From: an uncultured Pseudomonadales bacterium
GTDB lineage: Bacteria; Patescibacteriota; Microgenomatia; UBA1400; UBA12108
Length of the DNA: 64,000 nucleotides
Direction of reading: 5' to 3'
NCBI GenBank assembly: GCA_964502225.1
Contig: CAZCUC010000004.1
Span: forward strand, 2,641 to 66,640
The position numbers and the translations under genes are program-made. Below are positions 27,367 to 38,100 of the stretch, in pieces. The notes under the pieces are model-generated. The model ran no database searches, was not told the origin of the DNA, and saw only the letters and a list, made by a program, of their open reading frames with translations. How positions within the stretch are numbered: position 1 is the stretch's first letter; each line of letters opens with the position of its first letter.

Positions 27367-29760
27367 CTATCGCCAAGTCGGGAAGAGCTTGAATAAATTG
27401 TCCCAGTAAATGTTTGAGGTAGGCAAGCCATATATCATAGGACTAATCAGGAGTAACCCTAAAACAGAGAGGACAAGAACTAGACGGCGATAAAGAGGAT
27501 TTAAACGTACCAACCAGCTCGCCAAGATAGTAGTCAAAAAGTAGGCGGAGGGAAGGTAGTGGTAAAAAAACATGATGCGAGGCGAAATAACCCAGGGAAT
27601 AAAGAGGACGAAATAAAGTGAATAAAGAATGGAGTATGGATAGAGAAATAGATACTTGAGATTGATAACGGCGGCGAACAACCCTAACCAGAGAATGATC
27701 GGATTGCCAATTGCGTAGATATTGGAGAGAAAGTTGTCCTGATAATTGACGTAGTACCATACTGGCCGCAAATCGAAGATCCATTTGATGGGGGTGGACT
27801 GGTAAGCATGGGTGGCGACCAGGTGCGTGTGGTAATACCACATTTGGCGGTGGAGCTCCCACCACTGCGCCCAGGTATGACCGGCCAAAATAAAAGGAGT
27901 AAAAGTTAGCGTATAAACGGTTAAAACTATTAATGATAAACGGACAGCGAATAAAAAATGTAAGACCCCAGACTTTAGATGCCAGTGTCTAAGCGGATTT
28001 TGATGGAGATAGAGTAGGGCGAGGGGAACGATGCCATAGAGCGCGCTCCACTTGGAGGCAAGCGCAAGACCATAAAGAATGGCGGCTCCTTTCCAGCGAG
28101 ATTTGACCGCCAAGTACATGGACCAAATATAAAAACACAACATATAAGTATCATTCATGGCGATGCGAGATTGAACGAGATGGAGACCTTCGATGCTAAC
28201 TAAAAATGTTGCAAGCAAAGCCAAGTGTTTGTTGCTGGTGAGCGCAGTGAGAAAGAGATATAGTCCTAGCAAACTAACTACGCCAAAGGTGGCCGAGCCA
28301 AACCGCCAACCGAGGCTGTTTTCACCAAACAGCAACATACCAGCGACCATGCCGTACTTGGCGAGAGGAGGGTGAGTCCATTCGTAAGCCACCCCTTCTG
28401 GGGGCGTAGTCCACCACTCCCAGGCCTCGACGTGGTTATTTAAATACTCACGGGAGGTAAAAGCATGGTAGACTTCGTCGAAAATGTAGGCTGGAGGATG
28501 AGAGAGATTGACGAAGCGAAGGAGTGATGCAAAGATCAAGATTCCAACCAGCAACTGATTGGATTTTACTTTAACAAAAATAGATTTTAATAAACTAGGC
28601 CATGACCAAACGAAGACTAACAACAAAGCCGCAAGGACTGTAACCCAAGAAATAAGAGAGATGGTCGAGAGTGAAAATGGCCATATCTGAGCGTGATTGA
28701 CCCAATAGTAAGCACCATACAAATTGAGCGTGAAGGTGGTAGTTAAGAGAGTAAGGGGAATGAGGAGGTAGTAGTCGGTCATGGCGGCCAGCGTGAGAAA
28801 GGGCAATCCAAAAAGAAGGTGCCGCTCATGCATGCGGGTAGTAAAGGTAAAAAAGATAACCATAATAGTCGCGGCAACTCGCCAGGCATACTGGGGAGAA
28901 AAATCTTGTTTGCGCCAAGCATTAAAAGTGAAGAGAGTGAGTGAGACAAAGAGGATGGTGCCCAACGCCTGGCCAGACAAATTGAATACGCTAGTAGAAT
29001 CTGGAATCCAACTCAAGTTGGGATGGAGCGACCAAAAATTGAAAGCGTTGACAGTCAAAAATGGATAGGTACCGGTTTGTGAAGTGATGCGGTCAAAAAT
29101 ATGAGAAACAAAGCCCAGCCCACCTGTAGGAACCCCAGTGAGAAAAAAGGTGATCATGGAAAAAGTAGGTAGTTGCCACCATGGTCGTTTTTGAACGATG
29201 GTGACCAGCCACAGGACAGGTGCCACCAACACCATGATTGGCTTGTAGGCAACTGCCAGTCCAAATAAGATGCTAGAAGAGAGGAGTGAGGTCTGGGGAT
29301 TGATAATTTTTGTAAGCGAGAGTAAGGCAAGAAGTGCAGGGATCGTATCAACTTGGCCCCAAAAAGCGTTGTCGCCGATTAGCGCTGGGGAGAGTAAAAG
29401 GAGGTAAATACTAAGAGAGAAGAGAGAGGATTTGGGAGTAGATTTAGCGATGAAGAAGATCAAGATGAGTTCGAGGACAATATGAAGTAATTTGAATACT
29501 ATCCCAAAAGGCAAGTGGAAAAAATCGGCTACAAGTGAGATAGGGGCGAATGTCAGGATGGGGAGTGGGAGATAATCTGACCAGACGGTACTAAAAAATA
29601 AGCTGGGTGATTGGAGCCAAAATGAACGAGACCAAGACTCGTAGGTACCGATATCGTAATATTGCGCGGGAATTGTGAGTCCGTAGAGACGGACGAGGAT
29701 GGCAGTCACCCAAACTAGTGTTAAGAAGTATATTTTATTTTGCCAAATTTGCTTTAACAT
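27367..29760 (-). CDS. Fused double GT-C glycosyltransferase; C-terminal half is a protein O-mannosyltransferase (PMT/GT39)
   Basis: N-half has SDYLP, WGQVD and TRMHERH; C-half has FDEVYH, HPPLAK, HAYQS...W and MFFYHYLP PMT motifs. Confidence 0.85.
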   Translation of the reverse strand: MLKQIWQNKIYFLTLVWVTAILVRLYGLTIPAQYYDIGTYESWSRSFWLQSPSLFFSTVWSDYLPLPILTFAPISLVADFFHLPFGIVFKLLHIVLELILIFFIAKSTPKSSLFSLSIYLLLLSPALIGDNAFWGQVDTIPALLALLSLTKIINPQTSLLSSSILFGLAVAYKPIMVLVAPVLWLVTIVQKRPWWQLPTFSMITFFLTGVPTGGLGFVSHIFDRITSQTGTYPFLTVNAFNFWSLHPNLSWIPDSTSVFNLSGQALGTILFVSLTLFTFNAWRKQDFSPQYAWRVAATIMVIFFTFTTRMHERHLLFGLPFLTLAAMTDYYLLIPLTLLTTTFTLNLYGAYYWVNHAQIWPFSLSTISLISWVTVLAALLLVFVWSWPSLLKSIFVKVKSNQLLVGILIFASLLRFVNLSHPPAYIFDEVYHAFTSREYLNNHVEAWEWWTTPPEGVAYEWTHPPLAKYGMVAGMLLFGENSLGWRFGSATFGVVSLLGLYLFLTALTSNKHLALLATFLVSIEGLHLVQSRIAMNDTYMLCFYIWSMYLAVKSRWKGAAILYGLALASKWSALYGIVPLALLYLHQNPLRHWHLKSGVLHFLFAVRLSLIVLTVYTLTFTPFILAGHTWAQWWELHRQMWYYHTHLVATHAYQSTPIKWIFDLRPVWYYVNYQDNFLSNIYAIGNPIILWLGLFAAVINLKYLFLYPYSILYSLYFVLFIPWVISPRIMFFYHYLPSAYFLTTILASWLVRLNPLYRRLVLVLSVLGLLLISPMIYGLPTSNIYWDNLFKLFPTWR

Positions 29761-30706
29761 AAGCATGAAGATCCTCTTGCGTGGTTGTCGGGATCAAAAC
29801 CCATTGCCCACCATATTCACGAGTAGATTTGGGGTTCTTGAGATGATCGGTGAGAACAATACTAGAAATATTGTCTTGGTTGCCTAGGGATAAGGCGAGT
29901 TTGATAAAGCTCCCCTGTTCGACGCTCGTAATATCTGTATCGATGGAGGAGGACAAGTTGGATTTTAACCGCTCGATAATTTCGGTATTAAAGAGAGTGC
30001 CAGCAGAAAAAAGCTTGTCTCGAAAAGCGAGGATTATTTTTTGTTGTCTCTGACCACGAGCAAAGTCGGTACCCTCCTCCCCCTGCGCATAACGCGATCG
30101 AGCAAATTTGAGAGCAGTAGCACCATCTAGATGAGTCCTGCCAGCTTCAAAATGAATATGTTCATATCTATCACTCTCTGGTTCGACTGTTTCCTTGCCG
30201 GGAATCGGATATTTGTAATCATCGAAAGTGTTGTCGATGGTTAAGTCGATCCCACCGACAGAGTCGATGGCTTTGACGAACCCACTAAAATCGACAAGGA
30301 GAAGATAGTGGATGGGTACCCCCAAAACCTCTGACACGGCCGATTTGGCCAGGTCCCGTCCTCCCCCATCACGTCGCTCGTTGCCGTAGTGATAAGCAGT
30401 ATTGATTTTGGCTTTTAGAGAGGGAACCCAGATGTCTCTTGGGATAGAGATCGTAGTGCCAGTATTATTTTTGAGATTGAGCGAGAGTACTAGCATGCTA
30501 TCGGTCAAATCAGAGCCTTCGTGGCCGGCGCCACCAATGCCTAAAAGTAAAATGTTGGTGTTACCCTCGTATGAATTGAGGACAGAGGAAGGATCTGAAA
30601 TAACGCCGCTCACGATGTTTTTGACAGTCTGGTTGCGAACATACCACGAGACAGTCAAGACACAAGCCGACAAAAATATCGCAAGAAGTATTTTTTTAGC
30701 CAACAT
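29735..30706 (-). CDS. LCP (LytR-CpsA-Psr) family protein
   Basis: NILLLG, LTDSM, ISIPRD, KINTAY, ARSR, DFARGQRQQ. Confidence 0.93.
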   Translation of the reverse strand: MLAKKILLAIFLSACVLTVSWYVRNQTVKNIVSGVISDPSSVLNSYEGNTNILLLGIGGAGHEGSDLTDSMLVLSLNLKNNTGTTISIPRDIWVPSLKAKINTAYHYGNERRDGGGRDLAKSAVSEVLGVPIHYLLLVDFSGFVKAIDSVGGIDLTIDNTFDDYKYPIPGKETVEPESDRYEHIHFEAGRTHLDGATALKFARSRYAQGEEGTDFARGQRQQKIILAFRDKLFSAGTLFNTEIIERLKSNLSSSIDTDITSVEQGSFIKLALSLGNQDNISSIVLTDHLKNPKSTREYGGQWVLIPTTTQEDLHAYVKANLAK

Positions 30707-31358
30707 GGGAACACTCGCGAATAATAGATAAAAAACTAGCTGGATCAAGAGAGGCAGTCGCAACCAATACGCCATTTAATCCCAGAGGGAGAAGCTGTGA
30801 GACATTGTCTGGTGTGACAGATCCACCATAGATAACCTTGGAACTAGGAGCAAATGAGCGAATCTCGGCAACCACTTCTTTGATTAAACTAATGGGTGCG
30901 ATCGTGGTGCCACCGATATCCGCAGATGGTTCGAAGCAGAAGAGAGAGTTGTCGATTAGATCGTCGTCGAGGAGAGCAAATTGGGGTGCGATTTGATTGC
31001 GCTCTAGGCAGACTAGTGGAGTGATTCCGACTGCGAGCAATTCTTTGATCTTACTAGCGATATCTGCGGGAGTTTCGTGGAAATACCTGCGCCGCTCCGA
31101 GTGGCCGACAATGGCATACTTTACCCCATAGTCCAGGAGTTGAGTTGCGTTGACGGCGCCAGTGTATGAGCCTACGGGGAAGGGAGAGACATCCTGGGCA
31201 CAGAGTGAGAGACTAGAAGAGAAATGCGAGAAGAGAGGAAGATGAAGAAATGAGGGGGCGATGACCATACCAGGCACAGGTTTGACGGCTGTAAGCCAAG
31301 ATTGAACCTGCTCTTTAGTTAAATTGGACTTGAAGTTGGCGATAACAAGGAAGTTCAT
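30696..31358 (-). CDS. tpiA: Triosephosphate isomerase
   Basis: ANFKSN, AQDVS, GSYTG, VGHSERR, FEP, YGGSV. Confidence 0.93.
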   Translation of the reverse strand: MNFLVIANFKSNLTKEQVQSWLTAVKPVPGMVIAPSFLHLPLFSHFSSSLSLCAQDVSPFPVGSYTGAVNATQLLDYGVKYAIVGHSERRRYFHETPADIASKIKELLAVGITPLVCLERNQIAPQFALLDDDLIDNSLFCFEPSADIGGTTIAPISLIKEVVAEIRSFAPSSKVIYGGSVTPDNVSQLLPLGLNGVLVATASLDPASFLSIIRECSHVG

Positions 31359-31405
31359 AGAAGTAGTATAACCCAAGCGGGTATTTTTGGGGTATTATGG
31401 ATGAC

Positions 31406-33415
31406 ATGGCATTTGTATACCTAGACGAACTTAACAACGAACAGAAAGCCGCAGTTGAACATAAGGGATCTCCTCTCCTTATTATGGCTGGAGCAGGGAG
31501 CGGCAAAACTAAAACTCTAACATACAAGGCGGCTTACTTGATCCATAGCGGTACTATTAGCCCTGATCAACTCCTGATGGTGACATTCACTAATAAGGCC
31601 GCGGGAGAGATGAAGGAGAGACTGCTCAAGGTAGTGGGTAAGCGAGTGCCGAATGTAGGCACTTTTCACTCTATGTCTGCCAAGATCTTGCGACGGGACA
31701 GCGAGGCCGCAGGACTGTCGCGCGATTTTGTGATTTACGATGACGGCGATCAGGAAGCGCTGGTTAAGGAAATTATGGGCACTCTTTCGGTTGATCCCAA
31801 GCGCTACAAACCGCGGTCTCTCATGTCAACGATCTCAAGCGCCAAACAAGAAATGGTCAACCCTGAACAATATACCTCGATGGCGCACGGACCATTTCAG
31901 GAAGTGGCGGCGCAAGTATATGAAAAATACCAAAAACAACTAAAAGCTTACGGGGCAGTCGATTTTGACGACTTACTCAATCTGACAGTCCGACTCCTGC
32001 AAGAGAATCCAGCAATTTTAGAAAAGTATCAAGATTTATTTCGTTATATTTTTGTTGATGAGTACCAAGATACTAATACGGCTCAGTACCTCTTTACCAC
32101 CTTACTTGCCCGCAAGTACAAGCAACTGACCGTGGTTGGGGATGCCTCTCAATCTATTTACCGATGGAGAGGGGCTGATTATCGCAATATGGCTAAACTA
32201 AAAAAAGAATATAGTAACTTGACTGAACTAAAACTGTCCCGCAACTATCGCTCAACCCAGAATATTCTGGACGCTGCGTATCAGGTTATTGGCCACAACA
32301 AGAACCACCCAATTCTTTCGCTCTGGACTGAGGAAGGCGCTGGGGACAAAATTACTCTGATCGAAGCGTACAGCGGAAGCGATGAAGCTGGGAGGATCGT
32401 CGATGAGCTGCAACGGTTGCATAGCGGGTCGACACAGGGGTCAACCCCTACAAAATGGAATGAAATGGCGCTCTTGTATCGCACCAACGCGCAATCGCGC
32501 AGTATTGAAGAAGGTTTTATCCGTGCTGGGATACCCTACGTACTCATCGGGGGGACTAAATTTTATGAGCGCAAGGAAATAAAGGATCTCCTCTCCTATC
32601 TGCGCGTGGTGCTGAACCCCGAGGACCAGATTAGTTTTAAGAGAGTGGAGAAACTAGGTAAGCGCAAGCTAGCACAAGTACAAAATATCCCGTATGAAAT
32701 GGACGTGCAGGCGGCCACTCCATCGGAACTACTGGAAAAAGTACTCGAGAACTCGCAGTATCTCCAACAGTTTGACGAAGAAATTGAAGAAGAGCTGGCG
32801 AGAATTGAAAATATTAAAGAACTCCAGTCCGTGGCCACGGAATTTGATAACCTAAGCGAATTTTTAGAGAATATTGCGCTCGTACAAAGTGAATACTCGG
32901 AAGGTGAGAAATTTGGCAGTGACAGCAAGCGCGACGCTGTTACTTTGATGACACTGCACGCCGCCAAGGGACTAGAATTCCCCATCGTTTTTCTGATAGG
33001 AATGGAGGAAGGACTGTTCCCCCACTCCCGTTCGCTGATGGAGGTCGAGGAGATGGAGGAGGAGCGAAGACTGGCTTACGTGGGCATCACTAGAGCGAAA
33101 TATAAACTATACCTGTCGTGGGCCAAGCAGAGAGTGGTGTGGGGTAACACCAGTGCTCAGAATAGATCGAGGTTTATTGATGAGATTGATCCAACGTTAT
33201 TTCAGTACGTCAGACAATCGGAAAACTCAGATAAAGGGAGTGTCGATAAATCAGATTATCTGGGTATCGGAAAGTCAGAAAAAGATTTTTGGACACAGCA
33301 TGGAGCTGAGTTTAAGACGAAAAAATCGGGAATCAGAATCGATGCCCTCCGCGACGATACCCTAGATGATTTTCTCTCTGGCAATATGTCAGTTGAGGAT
33401 CTCTTAAATCGTTAA
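31406..33415 (+). CDS. pcrA: ATP-dependent DNA helicase PcrA/UvrD
   Basis: AGAGSGKT, VDEYQDTN, VGDASQSIY, NYRST, LMTLHAAKGLEF, EERRLAYVGITRA; ATG 31406 lies 7 nt after TATTAT. Confidence 0.96.
   Translation: MAFVYLDELNNEQKAAVEHKGSPLLIMAGAGSGKTKTLTYKAAYLIHSGTISPDQLLMVTFTNKAAGEMKERLLKVVGKRVPNVGTFHSMSAKILRRDSEAAGLSRDFVIYDDGDQEALVKEIMGTLSVDPKRYKPRSLMSTISSAKQEMVNPEQYTSMAHGPFQEVAAQVYEKYQKQLKAYGAVDFDDLLNLTVRLLQENPAILEKYQDLFRYIFVDEYQDTNTAQYLFTTLLARKYKQLTVVGDASQSIYRWRGADYRNMAKLKKEYSNLTELKLSRNYRSTQNILDAAYQVIGHNKNHPILSLWTEEGAGDKITLIEAYSGSDEAGRIVDELQRLHSGSTQGSTPTKWNEMALLYRTNAQSRSIEEGFIRAGIPYVLIGGTKFYERKEIKDLLSYLRVVLNPEDQISFKRVEKLGKRKLAQVQNIPYEMDVQAATPSELLEKVLENSQYLQQFDEEIEEELARIENIKELQSVATEFDNLSEFLENIALVQSEYSEGEKFGSDSKRDAVTLMTLHAAKGLEFPIVFLIGMEEGLFPHSRSLMEVEEMEEERRLAYVGITRAKYKLYLSWAKQRVVWGNTSAQNRSRFIDEIDPTLFQYVRQSENSDKGSVDKSDYLGIGKSEKDFWTQHGAEFKTKKSGIRIDALRDDTLDDFLSGNMSVEDLLNR
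32426..32451 (-). repeat. GTAG-type REP-like palindrome inside pcrA
   Basis: Minus strand GTAGGGGTTGACCCCTGTGTCGACCC; encodes GSTQGSTPT on the plus strand. Confidence 0.72.
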
Positions 33416-33504
33416 TCCGTGTAGCCGTATATCAGTAAATCCGTCAATCGGACCCGCCTGCAAAAGCTATCGCTTTAGCGACCGCGGGCAGGTAGAATGA
33501 AGAT

Positions 33505-34497
33505 ATGATTTCAAAGACTGAATGGAATAAACAAGTAGATCACCCACTACAGGCTTACGAGTGGGGGGAGTTTAGGCAGGCTACTGGAGTAAAGGTAGTG
33601 AGAGAGAGTGGGATGCAGATTACGATCCACAAGATTCCGCACACCCCCTGGAATGTAGGATATGCACCAAAGACGGGGATGATAACGGAGAAACAAAGTA
33701 GCGTCCTCAGTAAAGTCGCAAAAGAGAATAATTGTATTTTTATCAAAGTGGAGCCGAAGATAGAAATGCAAGATTCTAGGAGAGAGATGTTGGATTTTAG
33801 GAAATGGGGATTTGTCGCAGGGCGACCACTGTTTACCAAATTTAACTTTGTGCTGGATGTGACTCCGAGTGAAGAGGTACTGCTCTCGAGCTTTAAACAG
33901 AAAACTAGGTACAACATTAAAGTGGCAGAGAAACGAGGAGTAACAGTAGAAATTGATAATAGTGAGGCCGCATTTGAGCGATACTTACAACTGACCGAAG
34001 AGACCACTAAACGACAAGGTTTTTATGCTCACTCGCGTGAGTACCACAAAAGGATGTGGGAGGTGCTAAATAATTCTCCAATCTCAAATTCTCAAATTCT
34101 CAAATTGAGCGCAAATCTATTGGTTGCGAGATATCAGGGCGAGATAATTACAACCTGGGTGCTGTTTAGCTTTGGCGACACGCTCTACTACCCCTACGGT
34201 GCTAGTACCAGAGAACATCGAGAGGTAATGGCGAACAATCTAGTAATGTGGGAGGCGATCAAGTTGGCCAAGAAATGGGGACTGCGATATCTGGATATGT
34301 GGGGAGCACTAGGGCCTGAACCAGATAGTCACGATCCGTGGTACGGATTCCATAACTTTAAATCGGGATACGGGGCACGACATGTCGAGTACGTAGGTAC
34401 ATGGGATTACGTGGCCATGCCACTACTGTACAAACTTTACAGAGTGGGTGAGAAGTTGAGATGGTGGTGGCTACGAACCAAAAAAGCTCGTGACTAG
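33505..34497 (+). CDS. FemAB/FemX-family peptidoglycan bridge aminoacyltransferase
   Basis: HPLQAYEWGEF, KTRYNIKVAEKRGV, YYPYGAS, WEAI, FKSGYG. Confidence 0.92.
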   Translation: MISKTEWNKQVDHPLQAYEWGEFRQATGVKVVRESGMQITIHKIPHTPWNVGYAPKTGMITEKQSSVLSKVAKENNCIFIKVEPKIEMQDSRREMLDFRKWGFVAGRPLFTKFNFVLDVTPSEEVLLSSFKQKTRYNIKVAEKRGVTVEIDNSEAAFERYLQLTEETTKRQGFYAHSREYHKRMWEVLNNSPISNSQILKLSANLLVARYQGEIITTWVLFSFGDTLYYPYGASTREHREVMANNLVMWEAIKLAKKWGLRYLDMWGALGPEPDSHDPWYGFHNFKSGYGARHVEYVGTWDYVAMPLLYKLYRVGEKLRWWWLRTKKARD

Positions 34498-34524
34498 AGG
34501 CAGGATATAGATTAGTCACGAGCT
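34485..34524. terminator. Hairpin between the convergent femAB and histone-like genes
   Basis: AGCTCGTGACTA...TAGTCACGAGCT 12-bp stem. Confidence 0.65.
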
Positions 34525-34531
34525 ACTTCGG

Positions 34532-34717
34532 TTATTTGCGTTTTTTAGCAACTTTTTTGACGGTTTTCTTGACAACTTTCTTTACAGGTTTCTTAGCGAC
34601 TTTTTTAACTACTTTTTTAACAGTCTTTTTGACAGCTTTTTTAGGAGCAGCTTTCTTGGCTGGAGCTTTCTTTACTGATTTCTTGGACAACAATTTTTTG
34701 AATAGTTTTTTTAGCAT
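34532..34717 (-). CDS. Lys-rich histone-H1-like protein (61 aa)
   Basis: Repeats of KKAP/KKAV/KKTV/KKVV/KKVA; GAGGTGA SD before ATG 34717. Confidence 0.75.
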   Translation of the reverse strand: MLKKLFKKLLSKKSVKKAPAKKAAPKKAVKKTVKKVVKKVAKKPVKKVVKKTVKKVAKKRK

Positions 34718-34757
34718 GAGATTATTCACCTCTCTCTCTGATTGCAAGTTTAAATAA

Positions 34758-35036
34758 TTATTTTTCGCGTTGGACGGTAATTGTGCACTCGGTTAGGAGA
34801 GCGGCAATTGCACCGATAACAACCAAGGGTGGAAGGAGGAGAGCTCCGACTACTCCAGCAGTGACGGGAAGAGAGAGGATTACTTTGCCCTTGCTGTCTT
34901 TGACAGTGATTTTGCGGACATTACCCTCTTTGATCAAAGCTTTGACTTTGCTAACTACTTTCTTGCCTTCGACTTTGAATTCTTCCTGAGTTTTTTTACT
35001 AACTAAGGGTTTTTTGACTTTCTTTTTTGCGGGCAT
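34758..35036 (-). CDS. DUF4342-like protein
   Basis: EEFKVEG...VKALIKEGNVRKITVK...LPVTAGVVGA...CTITV. Confidence 0.85.
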   Translation of the reverse strand: MPAKKKVKKPLVSKKTQEEFKVEGKKVVSKVKALIKEGNVRKITVKDSKGKVILSLPVTAGVVGALLLPPLVVIGAIAALLTECTITVQREK

Positions 35037-35138
35037 AGTGATTCCTTCCTTCGACAAGCTCAGGACAAGCTTTGTATTTATATAACAAATTAATTAAATC
35101 ACATTAAATGAAATGTATATATAGCTATAAAGATAAAA

Positions 35139-38100
35139 TTATTTAACGGGCAGACCGTTTTGATAACAATGGTCTTTGAAATAGCAGTTTTCGCATTTTT
35201 TAAGGTCAGTGGTGCGGGGGAACTTTAGTGAGCGGATCGAATCCATGGAGAAATGAATAGTCTTTTTGAGTTTTTCGATTTGCTCATCATTCACCTGGAA
35301 GCTGCGCTCACCGGATTTGCCTTTGAGATTTGGCTCTTCGACGAAGTCGAGCATACCCTCCCCGAATTTGTAATTGAGACTCTTATCGGAATCGATGAGG
35401 AGTTTGTAGAACTCTAGCTGGCGGAGTAATTCCCCGTCACTATCCTGGGTCGTGCCTTCTATTTGCCCCATGGTTTTGGGCTGGCCGGTTTTGTAGTCCA
35501 CTACTTTCACCGTGCGACTTGCTTGGTCAGACCACTCTAACCGGTCGAGCTTACCAGTCAACTGAATGTCGCCCAAGTTGGCTCGCAAATTTTTCTCGGT
35601 GGCGAGTGGGAGACTGAAGTGATCCTCATTCAGTTTAAAGTAGGCAGTTAAGACCTCTTCACCTTTTTTCAAATAAACAGTTAAATCTTGCTTGGTAATA
35701 ACTGAGGCGGTGAGGGCAGAGCGGAACTGGGAGAGTAAGTATTCGAGATTTGGGGGAACGCCATCCTCTTTGAATTTCAAATAGAAATGCTCTAAGGCAC
35801 TATGGATCGCCGTGCCAAAAGTTAAGTGGGCTTTTTTGGCGTGGGGAACTTTTAACAATTTATCGAGCTTAAATTTGTAGGCACAGTATAGATAGGAGTT
35901 AAGTGAAGTGGCGGCCAGTTTGAAGTCATCCACGATGTCCTGTAAGTAGGCTTTTTCACTCTCTAGCGTGTCTTGCACGGCCTGACTGCCGAGAATCGTT
36001 TCGATGTGTTTGTGGGCGGTTTCTTCTACTTGGGTCACATCAATTGCTGTAAGGAGATCGCCATTTAATTCTTCTAGGAACATGGTGGGACTAGCAATAG
36101 TCGCTTTGCCGTAGCTAGAGTAGGTGTTGGCACGAGTGATCGTCAGATTAGATTTGGCACGGGTCATGGCCACATAGAAGAGCCTACGCTCGTCTTCGTT
36201 TTTCTCTTTGTCGGAGGGCTTCACATTTTTTAGTAAAGACCCAGGGAGAGTGATGAGCTCGGCTTTTTTGTTGTTGCCCCAGTTGCCATCGATGGCCTTA
36301 TAAATATAAACATGCTCCCATTCCAAACCCTTGCTTTTGTGGGCGGTGGTTAAAGTAATGGCGTCACGACTGACACCGTAGCTCGATTCTTCGATGCGGA
36401 TATGATTCTCTTCCATAATCTCCAAATTTTCGATGAAGCCTTTGAGATCCAAGTTGTGGTCAGAGCGATTCATACGCTTAACCTCGTCGAACAAGGTATT
36501 CATTTTGGCTAGGCGGTGAGTGGCACCACGTACCTGTTCTTTGTAGACTGTTCCTTCGTCTAAGATCCAGTTGAGATAGCCGGATTTATTTAAGACGTCT
36601 TCAAAAAATTCCACAAAGGTTTTGTTGGCGTCTAGGCTCTGCCAGTTTTGGAGCTTGGTAAAGGTCGCGTCGATTTGCTCGCGTGAGGATAGATCTAGAG
36701 TGGAGAGCGAGTCGGGATTGCCCAGCACATCAAATAGGGTAAGGCGAGCAGACCCTGCTTCCCTCGCAATTTTTAGGACATCGAGAGGGTTGATGCCAAA
36801 AATATCGTAGTGGAGAATGGTAAACAAATCTTCGTCTTCTAACTTCTCTCGCATTTCATAAATGACTTTGAGGATTTTGAGAAAGTTGCGCACCGTAGGG
36901 TCTGATAAGACATTGGCTCCGCCCTGCACGGTGTAGTCGATGCCGTACTTGGAGAGCGTATCGGCAATCACCGTAGCCTCGAAGTTTTTGTGGTAGATCA
37001 CGGCGATGTCGCTAGGGGCAACACCCGTCTTTACTTTCTGCTTGATATTCTCGGCAATAAAAATAGCCTCAGCAGTGTTGCCACTGAGCTGTGCGGTGCC
37101 GATTTTGTCCCCTGCCCCAATTTGAGAAATGAGGTGGGGATCGATACCTGGCACCACATCGTTAATCCGTAGATTGTTGTTTACGATCAGTGAGTCGGCG
37201 ACGTCTAAAATATTTTGAGTACTACGATAATTTTGTTTGAGGGTGATAACGGTAGCACCTGGGTACGCTTGTACGAATGAAAGTTGATTTTCGATAGAGG
37301 CACCCTGGAAACGCATAATACTTTGATCGGGGTCACCGGTCACAAATACGTTGGCCTCAGTGCCCCAGTATTTGGCAAGGAGTAGCATGAGCTCGTTTTG
37401 GGCAGAGTTGGTGTCCTGATACTCGTCGACTAAAATATACAAATATTTTTCTTGGCAGGAAAATAAGAGTTCGTCGTTTGATTTAAAGGCGTCCACCACA
37501 CTCGTGATCATGTCCTCGAAATCAAAGCTCCCCTCTTCTTTTAATACTACTTGGTATTTGCGAAATAGCTGGTTGAGCTCTTGGTTCTTGGCGAGATTGC
37601 GCTGACGTTTGGCTATTTCGGTTTTCTTTAATTCGCTCACGTCATCGGATTTGAGAAAATGATCTTCTTGGATAAGTAGCTCGTCGAACTCATCGGGATC
37701 GACTCCCTCTCTTTTTAAATCACTGATAGCACTAAGGATTGCAGAGGCATAATGGTAGGGCGCACCAGTTGGACGCAAAACCTTGAGATTTGTTTTGTCT
37801 ATTAGTCCGCGAACGAGTTTGAGTCGCTCTAAATCGGATAAAGGTTCACTCGCGGGGTTGATTGTAAAGACGTCGGGATTGTCTTTGATCACGCCCTGAC
37901 AAAAGGCGTGGAAAGTAGAGATGTTGGCGTAATAGGCTTCGGAGCCAATCATCTGTGTGAGGCGTGATTTCATCGCACGTGCGCCTGACTCGGTGTAGGT
38001 AAGGGCGAGGATGGAGCTGGCTGGCGTGTCTGTTTTACGGATAATGTTGGCGATACGGAGTGCCAAGGTTTGGGTCTTGCCGGTACCCGGACCGGCGACC

